From NCBI RefSeq assembly GCF_009914755.1, contig NC_060942.1: 64,000 bases of DNA; one strand, written 5' to 3'. The stretch is from the human T2T-CHM13v2.0 reference genome, Homo sapiens. This document shows positions 50,531 through 64,000 of this stretch, piece after piece. Made by a program: the position numbers and the translations under genes. The notes under the pieces are model-generated. The model was not told the DNA's origin. It made no database searches and worked only from the letters and a program-made list of their open reading frames with translations. Position 1 is the stretch's first letter; each line of letters starts with the position of its first letter.

Positions 50531-53500
50531 TGAAGACATGTTGATAGGTCATAGGATGTTGGACTTAAAGATGTTTTACATCAGAGAACCAGGGGTTCTA
50601 GGTAGCCACGTGGTCTCTTGTGGAGAGGGAGCATATCCAGGCTTAAGCCTGCCCCTCAAAGACCTGAGCTGTGATGGCAGGCCTCATTTCCCTGCCCTAC
50701 TCTCAGGATCCTGCTCTCTGGCCCCTGGCACATGGAACTGTGGCATTTCCACCACCACCCCCACCAGCCAGAGCCAGGAGCTGGGGTTGCCTGCCATGGG
50801 GAACTGTGCTCCCCTAGCGCTGGTCCCCTTCCTTCAGTAAGTGCCATGGTGGGCTCCAAGAGCTTCTGGGACAAGTCAGTGGGCATCTTCGAACCAGAGC
50901 CCCTGGGTGAGCAGGCTTCCCCAGGGGTACATAGCCTGCATTCCAGAGAGGGCCCCTAACATTGGCCTGTGGGCCGCTGATAGGAAGAATGGATAGAGAC
51001 TCCGCACAGGGTGCCCCACCCCCGGCCCTGGTGCCCCTCACCATGCTGCTGTGGGCTTATCTCCTTGTTGCCCTTCGCCCATACCAACCTGCCTGAGCTG
51101 CGTTTCTGATGCCTATAATGAACCAGAAGGGAGTTGAGGGGACAGAGGGGGAGAGGAACAGGAAGAGGAGATGACAGGACAACTCTTTCAACAGCCAGCA
51201 GGAATGCCACACTTGGCCTTCAACCCTCCGCTCTAAGAGTATTTATACCCACAGTGTTCAGGGTGGCCAGGTTCCACCTTGTCTAGATAAAGAGCAGGCC
51301 CCCTTACGGAGACAGAGGTCTCCCCAGCTCCCCTCCAGACAGCCACCAAGAGGTCAGGAACACACAGAGTGCACGGCGCAGTGCATGGAAGGGAGGCGCT
51401 GTTGCAGGGGCAGCCATCAGTGCCTGGGTTACTCTGAGGCCAATCGGCATCATGTGAGCAATTTAAACCCATGGTGTGCCCAAAGGCCAGCTTTTCCTAC
51501 TTCTAGGTCTTCCCTCTCTGGGCCCCTCTGTCCAGGAGAGGCGGATACACTCGACCAGAAGCAGAACCATGGGCACAGGGAGTCTGCGTCATGCTGGCTC
51601 AGCATGGCTCTGCCCTTGAAACCCAGAGCCTAGAATAAGGGGTCCCTGTACACCGCCAGAGTGCCTCACTGCCTCCCACCTAGAGCTCAGGTTTAAAGGC
51701 CTTCACTCGGTATCAGGGTGCAGAGCTCTGAGTCTTCAGGGAAAAACAGCGGCCTCTTTGGGGGGGACAGGGAGGAACCTGCAGGGAACGACCCTCCCTT
51801 AACCCTCTGCTGGCCCTTCCAGGACAGATCCCAGGTCCCAGAGTGAGAGAAGCTTCAGGCCACTTTGAAGTATGAGGACAGGCATGCTCAAAATCGTCCC
51901 CCCTCCAGCACCCCCTTGACAGTGCCGAGCCTGAGACCAAGTGTATTCCAGAGAAGTCTGTATGCACCCAGGTCATTCACACCTAGACCCATTAAGCAGA
52001 GAGGGCTTGGGAGCCAGCACGTCACCATGTCATGCCCCTGCCTCCCAGTTTTCCGTAGAGCAAAGGCCATACGAAAGAAGGGGGTAGCTTAGGAGGTATT
52101 TGGGGAAAGCCAGACTCCAGCTAAAGCTGGTGAATAGCTATAATCGGAATAAGTGCATTCTTGAGCAGCTGCGTATTGGAGCGCCACATATTGGACCCAT
52201 ACTTAGCATGGACCCCATTAGGCAACCGTCATTGCATTATTCTGAGTATTAAAAAAAAAATGTGGCAAGGGGAGTAATATCTCTAAAGTGGGGTTCGAAG
52301 CACAGTCACCTGGAATCAGCCTTCCCTGCCATAGACCCTTCCTTTAATGCCTTACCACCTGTGGCATAAGAAATAACTCAAGCGGCCAAGAGCCAGCCAC
52401 CTCCCCCTGGCTCTAGTTGTGGCGCCATGCAACTGGTTGACTCTGGGTGGATCTCAAGCGTGGCAGCCCTACACTTACTCTTCTGTTAAATGGGGTCATA
52501 ATACCCATCTCCTCCTCCTGCCTACTGCACTGACATTATCATTGTTAAAATCCACTGAAATGCCTGACTTTTACCTGTGTTCCCTTAAGACTCCTCCTCC
52601 AGGAGAAACTTGTGAATTTCATAGCAGCATGTTTTTCCTTTTCCTTTTGATGATTCCATTCATTCAAGGTTCTTAGGGGAGGTCCCAGGCAGGGAAAGCG
52701 CCCTGAGATGCCCACGCAGAGATTCTTCCACAAGTCCAGGGGCCCCCGGCACAGTAGGACTTGAGGTTTGGGTGCAGCACTGTAGACAGCCCAGGATCCA
52801 GCCACAAGGAAAGCTCTCCAAGGGGCCCTGGGACTGGCCTGGAGGCCCCACAGGGTTCCCTGAGCTCAGTACTGTGAAACCCCAGTGAAACAGGCACTGG
52901 CCTCTGCCTGACACATAAAGGGGGGCAGGGCCAGCTCAGCCAGAGGGCAGTTTAGGAACATCAGAGGAAGGGGCAAGCCCTGTAAGTGGAGTAGGTTGAG
53001 GAAGGCTTCCTGGAGGAGGAAGCATGAAGGAAGAGGCAGGATCTGGGTGGAAGGAAGACAACAAGAGGATCTGTAAGTGGCAGGACCCTTTGAGGGACTG
53101 GGGGTTGCAGAGGAGGATTGGGGAAGGAGGTACCGCCAGCCTGGCGGAGGGTGTCAATCAGCAAGCCCAGGGCTGAGGCTGCCCAGCCGGGCCGTGACCC
53201 CAGGTCACTGTAACCACACTGGCCCGTTCATTTTGCTGGCGCCTGCTTCTTGCCATTTCAGGCCAAGACCATATTTTCATCCAAAACTAAAACTTCTACC
53301 TCAAGAGGCGTGAGTTTCCTGCCAGCCTTGGGCCGTCTTTTGCAGGTGGCAGAGTGGGCTGCTGAATCTGCGACCCTGGCCAGGCTCCAGGGCCTCTGAA
53401 CCCTGGGGTTTTGCTGAGGCAGGTGGTGTGGCACCAAGGGCCTGGCATCTGAGGCCAGAAGATACCCGCCACCCCTCCCTGGTGAGGTTACTGCCTTGTA

Positions 53501-56239
53501 GGAGAGGGTAGGGATGCCCACCTCCATATGCCCCCATGTGCCCCAACCAGCCCCTCTTTGTGCACCAGCTGCTTCCAGAGCTATATGGAGATGGGCGCCC
53601 ACCGCCCAACCAGGCACAGAGGTGCAGTGCTCGCTGTGGGGGAGGGGGAGCATGATGCCACCCCCCAGGAGCTCTGCAGGAGCCAGAGCAGGGTTGTGCA
53701 GGAGGCTGCCATGGGGCGGGTCTGCACAGCAACACTTGCTGCTTTCACCTCACTCCCCTCTGCAGAAGCCCCTTTTCCTCCCCTCCCTCAAGTGGTGGAG
53801 CAGGAGGCAGAAAGTCTGAAGCCAGCCCCTCAACTAATGTCACCGTCTGAGCCTCAGCATCCCCATAGGGGAAACGAGGGCACTGGGTGGGGTGTGGTCT
53901 GTGGGTCAGGTCTCCCCAGCCAGGCACCAGGCCCTCTCCAGCAGAGCCTGTGGCACCTCTGTCTGCCTCGCACAGCCCCTCAAGTGCCTTGAGCCTGTGA
54001 AGGTTGCAAGGAGGTCTAGGACTAGGGAGAGGCTGGAACCCACTGCGGGTGGGAAGAGAAGATGGGAGCTGCTCTGTCTGCAATCTGGCAGTTGTTTATC
54101 CCAAACAGGGAACCAGAAGCTGAGGATTTAAAGGCTCGGCGTGGGAGGAGGTGCTCTGGGCTGCAGGAGATCCGGTGGGGAGCCCCAGCCCTGCCTTTCC
54201 CTGGCTGGGCGACCTCAGGCCAGGCCTTCTACCCTGATGGTGGCTTCCTCACCCATAAAACATGGAGAGGTTAGAAGTCATTTCAGACATTCCTTCCAGC
54301 TTTGTTATCCCAAAGCAGATGCGCTAGGCAAACAGAGGGTGCCTGCTAAAATGCCTGTTGCTGACTGATTGGTTAGCGGGTTGACCAGTGCAGAGCAGGA
54401 CCCATCCCCAACTCTCCCCACCCGGCGGGTCTGGCCGGCTCCTTCCCACCCGCCTGGCCCCATTTACAGAGTCTGGGGCCTGCTTGGCTTGTGTGTGCTG
54501 GCGGCAGCACCTGCTGGGTGGGCAGGGCGGCCTGCAGGGGGCACCAGTGTGCAAGGCCAGCCCTTCCTGCCTGCGGCCACCTCCCAGCATCTTGGCATCC
54601 TGGGGGCTGTCCCACAGGGAAGATTTAAACTATATGATGGTGACCGCCACCAAGCCACCCTCCTATGTGCAATTTTCAGACCCCTTGGGGTCCCAGCCCT
54701 GAGTCCAGAAACCTCAGGCTGAGAGTTGGACTAGAACCCACAGCAAGGGTCCCCTCCAGACCTCCAAAACGGGCCAGTGTAGTACTCATTCCCATTTTAT
54801 ACCCAAGACAACCAGGGCTCTTGGAGGCCACAGGAGGGCCACCGAGGTCTCAGGTAGCTTAGAAGGAGGACAGAGCATGGGTCCTGGATTCCCTGGGAAC
54901 AGTGCCTGCCCAGAGACCCAGCTGCCCTTAGGAACGAATGAGTATCAACCAGCTGAGGCTGCATTTTCTTAAAATGCATTGGTTTGTCTAGTGTTGTTTA
55001 TGTTCTTTCTCAAACAGCAGGAAGAGGTTGTGGGAAGAGCCCTGGCTGTCAACAGGCTTCTCCCATGCAGTAGGGGTGGACAGAGGGACTGCAGCCAGGG
55101 TCAAGGGCAGGCCATGGGGCGGTGGGACAGAGAGCAGGCCGCAGCCTCATCTGGCCTCAGTAGCCTTGTACAGAGGCAAAGGGGCTTCCGTGTGGGGTGT
55201 CAGCTCCTTCCACACCTGCCTGGACCCGGAAACAGGCATGCCTTGAGTCACCAGCAGTGGGCAGCCGTAGAGTCACTGTTTCAACACCGCCAATTTGTTG
55301 GTCCCACGCCTGGGGCCCCTGTGGTCATTGCAGTATGTTTTATGGAACATTCTGTGAGGATTCCTCTTGGGGTTTTTTAGCAGCCACCCGTTAGGATGTT
55401 CCTAAAGTAGAAGGCAAACAGCCCACAGGGCCTCAGAATTCTAGAAAAAATGTCTGTGCACAGCATGGGAGCCTGAGCCAGGAGGGCATTCTCAGCCATC
55501 TTCTAAGGAGCCAGGTAGAAAAATGGGGTCGATTCTATTGTAGTTACTTCCTTATTTTAGCTATTCATTCAGAAATGTTAGCTGTTCAAAGGGTATGTCA
55601 TTTATCAATCAGGAGGCGGGAGCCCCAGGTCTGCAGGAGTGCAGGGGAGGGTGTGAGCAGGTCAGTCACAAGCTAACTTAGAACAAGCATTCAATCCCCC
55701 AGAAAATGCACCGGGGAAAGCCACAGGCATTCCCTTTTGGTAGAAAAGGTCCCTGGTCTATCTTCATCGATGGGACTCTCATCCGGGGTTTGTACCAGGG
55801 GAACCTGGCCAGGGGATGGCCGTTCAGCCTCTGGGCATGTTGGGAGAAGGGGTAGTTCATGGTGTGCCCTGGGCACCCCATTTCTGATTTCTACCCCTGA
55901 GCCAGGAAGGCCTCTCCCATCAACCACCGTGGGACTGTGAAGCAGGTAACAGGCAGAGGTGGTGGGGGTGTCCAGGGGCCTGAGGTGGCGGCGAGGATGG
56001 GCATGGAGTACTACACTTCATTGAAATGCCAGCAGCCAGGAGGTGAGCACCTGGGGTTGGGAGTGCTCCCTGAACCCCAGAACTGGAGGCGTTCTGGGGG
56101 CATTCTCACTAGCACCGCATCGGGACACATCAGTCCAGCAGGTCGCGCTGGTCCCTGGGGAGCCCAGAATGACAGTTTGTTTCTTTTTGTTCTGGCTGAC
56201 AATGATGCCACAAAGCTGTTTCAGCCCTGACTGAGAGTA

Positions 56240-56400
56240 CAGGATCTGGACAGCCCCGATTTGAATCCTAAGTTTAATACTTCGTAGCTGTGTGGCCTGG
56301 GCAAGTGGTTTTCCCTCTCGGGGCCCCAGTTTTCCATTTATAAACTGGGGTAATAGATAATACCTGCCTCCTTTGGGTGGATGAGGCTTGAATGGTGGGG
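56240..56400 (+). mobile_element. MIR SINE
   Basis: ttgaatcc...tagctgtgtggcctgggcaagtg...ccccagtttccatttataaactggggtaata. Confidence 0.75.
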
Positions 56401-58464
56401 ACGATGGTGTTAGTATAAACACAACATTGACTGGTGTCGCTCATGTCTGGGGGTTCCTGTCAGGGGTCCAACAGGAACACCAGTTACTCCTCCTTTGCCA
56501 TTGGGCCAGCTCTCTGCAGTCACTGGCTGGATACCAGCTGTATGCATACACTGTGGGCCATAAGTATCCCTTAGACCTTTGTGGGTGGGGGTTAACAGCC
56601 CCATTTTATACATGGGGAAAGAAAGTTCCAGAGAGCTTAGGAGGTATACGTCAAGTCACGCAGCTGGTCAGTGACAGACAGAACTGGAGCCAAGTCCCTG
56701 GTACCCCACACTCTGTCTCCTCAGAACACACTGCCACCTGCATGCCCTGATTGGTCAGGAGTGCATCTGGAGGGGGTCAGTTATAAGGCTGAGGAGAGGT
56801 GACAGGGAAACGAGATAAGAAACATGCCATTTAGGTGGCCATGCTTTCAGAGCCTCCTCCCCACAGGCCGGGCCTTGGGCTCTCCCCACTGCCATCTTAT
56901 GACCAAAAGAATTGAGAGACAGCTTCCCGGCCAGCGCTTAGCAGCGGGCTTGGGTCTGCTGCCTCCTTTCCTGTCTTGCCGGGGGTGGGGGAGAGTCTCC
57001 ACCAAGCTGCAGACAGACAGAAGAATGGTTCCTTGTCCTCCCAAGGGGGACAAGACTTCTCCATGTCCTTCCTTCCCACTGGGCTGGTTTCCAACCCACC
57101 ACCTTCATGATTCGTGAATGCAAAGAGAAGACCACTTAGATCGGTATGTTTTGCTTCCACTTGGCAGCCCTAGGTGCTGGAGGCTGCAGCTCTGGGTGAA
57201 GGTGGGCCCTGGTCTGTGGGGTATGGGCATCTGTGAGCACCATCTGCATGCAGCCCCGGAGGTCAGGTGGCAGAGTCTCCCATGACAGGTTCCAGCAGCA
57301 GAAGTCCTAAGGAAGCAGCTTGTGTCTCAGATGAGGCTGTGTACCTCCGTTGCCTGTCTAGGCTGGAGGAAGGGTGATGGCACCTTTAACTGGTCCCTTC
57401 CTTACAGATCACTAAGTGTAAGAGGCCAAGCCTGCAAAGAAAAAAAGGGAGAGGGAGAGAGGAAAAAAAACTAGAGCCTGTGCGCTATGTCATTTCTAAC
57501 ACTAAATGATTAAGAAGTGAGGACCCTGGGGTGTGAGCCAAGGCAGCCTGGGTTGCTCAGTCCTCTAGAAACCCTTCTAAGCTTTCCTCAGCACACAGCC
57601 CAGAGTGCTACCCGGAGAAAGAGCCACCTTGTAAATCGCTTTCTTCACTGTGCTGCTATGCCTTTCAAAACAAAAGCTAAAAACTCCTCCCACCCCCATA
57701 CAACTTGATTTATCATGACCCCGTCATCTCGGTGTCCCGGTGTTAGTTCAAAATCAGGCTCAAAACTGCAAAGGCTGGAGGGAGACTGTGGGAGGGTGAG
57801 GGACACTTTATCCAGCACGTGGCACACGCACCTCTGCCGCGTCGGTTCATGTGTGTCCCTCCCTGCGAGCTTGGCGGGGCACTGTGGACACTGGGTTCTC
57901 TGCCTGATAAAGGGGGATCCTTTCATGTAGCATGCATCAAGATGCATGCATGGTGTGCTGGGCTGTCTCAGCCACTCTCCCAGGCTTCCCTCCTGCCGGT
58001 CCGCACACAAGAGGCAGCGTGCTGGGGAGCCAGTGGAATAAGGGCCCCACAGGGGCAAGATGGCCAGAGGCCATTTCAGCATGACCAGCATTTATGGATC
58101 TCCTTCTGTGTACCTAGCAGGGCAGAGTGCAGGGGTAGGGCTTAAGGAGGGGGGCGTGCTGATAGCCTCAGGAGGCCCATCTGTCCCTCCCTCTCTCCCT
58201 GGACTCCTCTGTCATCCCATCCCCTCCTAGCTGGCATGATTTTTCCTGTACTCAGATCGCAAAAGACTAGCAAGCCAATATGTTTGCTGGGGGAGTCACA
58301 GAAGGCGAAGACCCCCCCATCCCTGCCTTCACGGAGCTTCTGGCTTTGTGAGCCCCCCTCTTCTTGTTGTCAGGCTCCCAAATGACCCCAAAGGGTTTGC
58401 TTGCAAAAGTTTGTCCTCTGGACTTTGTGTTTTTCCCCATCTGCTCTACCCTCCTAGTGCCTCC

Positions 58465-58860
58465 TGGCTCCGGCCCCAGCGCCAGCCCCTGTCTGTCCCT
58501 GCAAACACAAGTCAGCTGTGTGTGCAGACAAAGCCGTGCGCCGCAGCGGGGGCCGGGCCTGCAGAAGGGACATTTCCAGGGAACTCTGGGGGCGGCGGCT
58601 GGGAGGGCAGAGGCGACTGTCTGATTAGCAGAGACTCGGCGTCACAGTCTAGGGCAAAGAGGGTGCGGGGGATTTGGCCGGGCCCCAGGGGCCAGTGGCT
58701 GTGGGTGGTGACCAGGGGAGGCAGCCAGGCTGGAAGAAATCTGCTGTTTGAGAAGTGGAGGAAACGGGCTGGAGAGGAGAGATAACAGCCCGTTCTCTGT
58801 GTATCTGCATGCGTCTGCCGGCGAGGGTGGCTGGAGCCGGGCGGTCTGAGGCCATATCTA
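58465..58860. promoter_or_regulatory. Candidate intronic CpG/GC-rich regulatory element
   Basis: Cluster of CpGs and GC-box-like motifs (gggggcggcgg, gggcgg) in unique sequence. Confidence 0.4.
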
Positions 58861-59039
58861 GTGAGATTTTTGTTCTGGGTTGTGAAAGTGACCTATGGAG
58901 CCAGCAGCAGGGTTCAGGGCCTGGGAGAGAAGACACGTGGCCCTCCCCTCTCCTCCCCTTGTCTTGTGTTAGTCTCCCCTCCTCTCCCCCTTGTCAAACA
59001 GTAGAAAAGGGAGGGGGCATGGGGGCAGGAGAGGAAGCA

Positions 59040-59245
59040 TTCTTAGTGCGGTAAAAGGCCTGGGTTTCGGTCTGGATTGTACCACTAATTTGACATATGA
59101 ACTTGGATACTTCCCCTAATATTTCTGGCTGTCTCTGTCTCATTGGCTGTAAAATGGGGATTATTTATAACTGCTCTGCATAGCACGCATGAAATAAGGA
59201 CGTGAAAATAGTTTGTAAACTGTAAAGTGCCACGTAAATGTTAAA
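59040..59245 (+). mobile_element. MIR SINE
   Basis: ggcctgggtttc...accactaat...atgaacttggatac...ctgtaaaatgggga...tttgtaaactgtaaagtgc. Confidence 0.7.
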
Positions 59246-62200
59246 GAGTTGTACTGATTCAAACTGCTTTGAAGCAGGGGCTGGGGCTGCTGATTAAAGA
59301 CCTGCCTTAGATGAACTAGGTGCTGAGTGGTGGGCAGGAGGGTGGGGTGGGTAGGATCAAGACTTAGGGACCCAGAAGTTTCCATGGAGGCAGGGGTGGG
59401 TCACGGGCCCAGCCAAGTGAGCCCTGCCAGAACCAGGACCCAGGGCAGGCGTGGAGGGTGAAGTCCAAGAGCTCTCTGGGTGGGGGTGTTTGGTCATGGG
59501 CTTGCAGATTCAAGTAGAAGGTGGCCTGGGTTGGGCATGGACTTCTCCAGGGAGACAGGGGAAGCCATATGAAGCCCCTTGCCCATCAAGCTCCAGGGCC
59601 CCTGCCTGGCCTGGAGCATAAAGTCCCACTGATTGCAGAGGGATGGGGGCAGCACTCTGTTTTCCTCTCCTGAGCCTCTGCCACCCAAGGAAGCCAGGTC
59701 CCCCTGTCCCCCCACCCGCTCCCCATCCTGACCTGGAAATCAGCCCTCTCTGATGTGGAAACTCAGGCAGGAGCTGGCAGGGGTGACAAGACTGTGAGCG
59801 GGAGAGAAGCTGAGCTATTTAAAGCGTGCAGCGCCCAGGGGACATGAATGCCACCCACCCACAAGGCCTTCTCAGCATTCGCTTTCCCCTCCTTGGCCCA
59901 GATCCCAGGCCCTCAGTGCACCCACAGGGCCACAGGTCAGGTGCCCGAGGCTCTGGGAAGCTGCAGGCGGACAGGTCCTGGGGCTGGCATGAGATGTGGT
60001 TCAGTCCAACCTCGGCTTGGGTTCCCTCCTCTGGGCCTCCGGGCTGAGTTGGCGGGGCCACACAGACTCCTTGGCTCCTGTGCCTTATAAACAGGGCTGA
60101 GTGTGAGTGTGGAGCTTAGAAGAGGAATGCCCACGCCTGTGGCCCGGGGCAGCTGCCACCACCCACCCCCACTCCACTGGCTACCAAGCCACCAGACTCA
60201 GAGAGCCCATGGGGCAGGAGTGGGAAGTGGGGAGCTTCGCCTGTAGACCCTTCTCCCCTGCCCAGGCCTGGCTTCCCAGAACACCCCAGATTACAGATGT
60301 TTTTCTCCTTCATCTCCAATTAACATTTACCTGTCCTGGGTCCTAACCTTTAGTGAATGACAGGGTGTACTGTCCCTCCCTTCCTATCTGGGAAAGGCTG
60401 ATGTCTTAGCTGGGAAGAGCAACTGGGATCCAGGCCTGTTAGACACAGGGTCCCATGTAGGCCACCACAGGTCTGGACCACCTGGGAGGCCTAGCTGGGG
60501 GGCTCCCAGGGGCCAGTCCACCAACCACAGCTGGTCTACATTGCACCAGCACGGCTTATGTATGGAATGACTTGAAAAGTCGTCGACTGCCCTTTCTGGG
60601 AAGGACTGGCTACTACTCTGAGATTGCATCCTTCCTACCATATTGGCATTAAGTTGTCCTTTCTTTTATGATATGACGGATGAAGCTTTAAAAAAAAAAA
60701 TGCTTAGCAAAATAAAATGTGGGCAACCCTCAAATTTTACCAGTCCAATAAATCTTGGAGCTCAGGACTCTGGTTCCAGAACAGCACGGTTCACCTGGAT
60801 ACCCAGCTCTCCTGGCACTGAGGAGCCCGGGGATAAGAGGAACTGTTGAGTGTGTGGGGTACAGCCTGGGGAGGCCTCCGACCCTGGGGCTGCATGCCTC
60901 ACCCTGACAGTAACTTGCAGCTTGAACTGCCAGTTCATCTTTACACCTGGGATTTCCACCCCACCCCACCTCCTCTATCCTCTCGGCTGGAGACACTTCC
61001 TCCCACGTGGCTGGGAATTCAGTGTTTTGCTGTCTGCCGCAGGCTGCCACCATCCCGTAGGCCGGGGGAAACCTGCGGAGGCTGCCTCCAGGCAAGCGCT
61101 GCCTGCCGACCACCGCCCTCTGACCCCAGTCCACCGAGCCCCAGAGGCACCCAGTCAGCACTCACTCCCTCCAGCCTTACGTAGCGTCCACACGTATGCT
61201 GTTACCCACACGGGCCACCAAACCTCCAGTCCCCTGCCCTATCTCACACACATCTTTACATTGCTCCGTGTGCACTCTAGTGGGGATGGCCTTTTCCACA
61301 CCAAGATTCATTCATTTATCAGCTGAGCATGTGCTGTGTTCCAGGCAGCGAGATGGTGGAAAAATGGAAAAGGAGGTCCCCTCTCCTGCCATTGGGCATC
61401 TCCTAATCTGGTGGGGAATGCAGACAGTACCCAGTAACTCCAGACCAGCATGCTAGGTGCTGTCATCGCGGCACACCCAGACGGCCCCGAGCATCGAGAG
61501 GAGAGAGAACTCACATGAGGGTGTCTCACAGAGAGAGGAACACAGGCCTGAGTCCCAGCACCTGGGCTGGGGGTGCCAAACAAAGAAACGTGCAGAAGGG
61601 CATTGTCTAGGCGAATACAGGAGCATGAGCAGAGGCAAGAAGCAGACAAGAATCATGTACAGCAAAAGAAGGGGTTGTTCCCGAGTATAGTGTGCACTGG
61701 GGGCTGAGGTGGGAGGAGAGAGTGTGGGCCAGAACCAGCTTGGGAGGGGCACTGTTTGCCCTACCTGGTCGGAGGGACCATACCCTTTGGTCTCTGGGGC
61801 ACCACCAAAGGTTTGTAAGGATGGAGGTGATGTCTCCTGGTTGGCATCTTTGGCTCTCTCTCTGCAGCAGGATGGAGGAGGGCAGGATAAGGACCCTGGG
61901 AGGAGCAAAGCACCCCACTGGGGGTGTCCTATTGGAGCCTCCTGGGAGAGCCAGGAGAGGTGTGGGCAGCCTCAACTCTGTGGCAGTGGGGCCTAAGGGT
62001 CAGGGGATGATCCATGAGTGGTCAGCAAAAAGAGAGAGACAGAGAGAGAGGTGGGGGGACTACCTGTAGAGCAGTTAACATGCATCAGCACCACAAGCAG
62101 GAGGACCGCTGGGCAGAGAAACATGTATGCACATTCATGCACGTGTACATGTGAATAACTCCTCTCACACATGCTGGAGGAAACCCTCGCTGTCATCCAC

Positions 62201-62365
62201 ACTCCCAGGAATGGCCACATTAGACATCTTCCCCCTAGTTCCTGAGAAGCAAACCCGGGAGAGCCCAGCCCTCAGCCTTGCTGCATGCGTGAGCATGGAG
62301 TTTTGCACTCTGGCCAGTTTTGCCTCTAGTTCTTTGTTTCTGGAAAAAACAGGCACTAGGGTGAA

Positions 62366-62487
62366 TTTCTTTTCTCTTTTCCTACCATCCCATCTTCCTT
62401 CTTCCTTCTCTTTTGTCCTTCCTTCCTTCTTTCTTTCCTTCCTTCCTTCCTCTCTCTTTTCCCTCCTTCCTTCCCTCTCTTTCTTTC
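62366..62487. repeat. CT-rich (CCTT/CTTT)n polypyrimidine tract
   Basis: cttccttcttccttctcttttgtccttccttccttctttctttccttccttccttcctctctcttttccctccttccttccctctctttctttc. Confidence 0.9.
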
Positions 62488-63054
62488 ATGAAGAAAAGCT
62501 CACAGAAAGGCAGAAGGAACCACAGTCTATTGACGTTTCTGACTCTTAGAGGCTCCAAACCGAAACTCAGCTGTGGTTGCTCTAAGTGGCTACAAAATTA
62601 GAAAAATAATTTGCAGAAATGAAACCTGACTTGGGATGCCGTTTCACAAAATAGGCTAGATGGCCTTGATGTGTCATGAGGCTCCCACCACTGCGGCCTG
62701 CACTGCTGGAGGAACTCCTCACATCTCAGGCTGGGGAGCATTTCCACCCCTGCAGTCAGGCATCCTACAGAAACCTGCCCCCTGCCTACCTGAAGACAGT
62801 TCACAGTTTCCTCTGAAATGGGCGGAAGAGCTGGACCCAGCCACAAGACCATCAAGGAAAGCAAAAGGCTTTCAAAAGTGAGACTCCCCAGAGACCAAAC
62901 CCAGGGGAAGGGATCTGGGGATTCTTAACAGACTCCCTGGGAGTCCAAACCAGGCTGTGAGCTTGGCTTTGCCATGAACTAGCTCTGACCTCCGTGCCTT
63001 TGGTAAACAGTATCAACAGCTGCCATTTACCAAATTTCTATGGGGTACCTTGCT

Positions 63055-63205
63055 TGGCTGCACCTGGGGAGATTTGGAAAATGCCAATGCCCAGGCTATG
63101 CCCCAAGCAAATTGTGTCACCATCTTATGGGTAGGACCCCCGCATCAACATTGTTTAAAGCTTCCCGAGTGAGCCCAACATGCAGCCACAGCTGAGAACC
63201 ACTGC
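63055..63205. mobile_element. MER5A DNA transposon
   Basis: cacctggggagatttggaaaatgccaatgcccagg...tttaaagcttcccgagtga...aacatgcagccacagctgagaaccactg. Confidence 0.75.
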
Positions 63206-63629
63206 CCCCACCCATTTGGCTGGAGACTTACGTAGGTTCATCCTCACAGCAACCCCGCCAGGGTTTATGAATAAGGAAGCTGAGGCTAGGAGAGTTTGAA
63301 TCACTCATCCGAGATCCTTGAGGTTCTCCCTCATCCCAAAGCCCATCATTCTTCCTCCTTTGCAGGGCTGGATATACCTGTACAGACCCCGCACAGCATC
63401 AGTGAGTGATCCAACCAGCCAGCTGAAGGAGCTCAGAGAGCACTGCAGGGAGACAGGGGAGGTGCCGGTGGAGCAGTCTGCCTGTTCCTGGCGTTTGGGA
63501 GGGGGTGCAAGCCTCAGGCCTGTTTTTCAGCCTCCCTCCCAAGTCACGATTGGTCCCTAGTCCTGGGGATCCAGGCTGTCTGGGTCAGTTTGAACCTGAG
63601 CCTCACTCAGCAGATGCTCTTAGTGTCTA

Positions 63630-63860
63630 AGCCCAGCGGTGGGCACTGTCAAGAGCCTGGACTCAGGAGCCGCATTCCTGCCTAGGTTCAAATCCCAGCT
63701 CCACTACTTATAAGCTGTGTGCCTTTGCAAAGTGAGTGATCTTTCTGTATGTCAGTTTCTTCATCTGCATGATGGGGTGATGTTAGAGTTGTTAGGAGTA
63801 CTAAATGAGACAGTGCATATCAGGATTGAAAGCAGTTCCTGGAACATAGAAAACAAGAAA
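63630..63860 (+). mobile_element. MIR SINE
   Basis: ctgcctaggttcaaatcccagctccactacttataagctgtgtgcctttgcaaagt...tcagtttcttcatctgca. Confidence 0.85.
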
Positions 63861-64000
63861 ATCCCAGGCACTGTAAGGATTACGACTGTGAACGTGCAGT
63901 TCATTGCTGAGCAGAAACTCGATGGAACATGGGCCTGAATCAGTCAAGGTGATAAGTTTAAGTCAATGTTTGCCCTTTGGCCTTGCCTGTTCTTAGCTAG

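Overview
Mammalian genomic DNA, primate and almost certainly human (Alu, L1PA, MIR, L2, MaLR and MER elements). The window lies inside a large + strand gene I recognise as CTIF (KIAA0427, CBP80/20-dependent translation initiation factor). It holds two internal coding exons: 35203-35689 (487 nt) and 38674-38973 (300 nt, start of the MIF4G domain). The rest is intron rich in interspersed repeats, with two minisatellites (36-bp unit at 1-247; 18-bp unit at about 7563-8187, nested inside a MER3/MER33-type DNA transposon) and a near-complete LTR-int-LTR MaLR element. Almost all ORFs in the supplied track are chance or repeat-derived. I see no convincing evidence of a new biological system, CRISPR array or novel gene. 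The best leads are splicing-level features of CTIF (tandem donor, strong cryptic donors that would trigger NMD, a symmetric exon 9 bracketed by inverted Alus), the transposon-born minisatellite and several candidate enhancer or non-B DNA elements. Repeat subfamily names and exon numbers come from my recall, not from a database search, and boundaries of old repeats are approximate.
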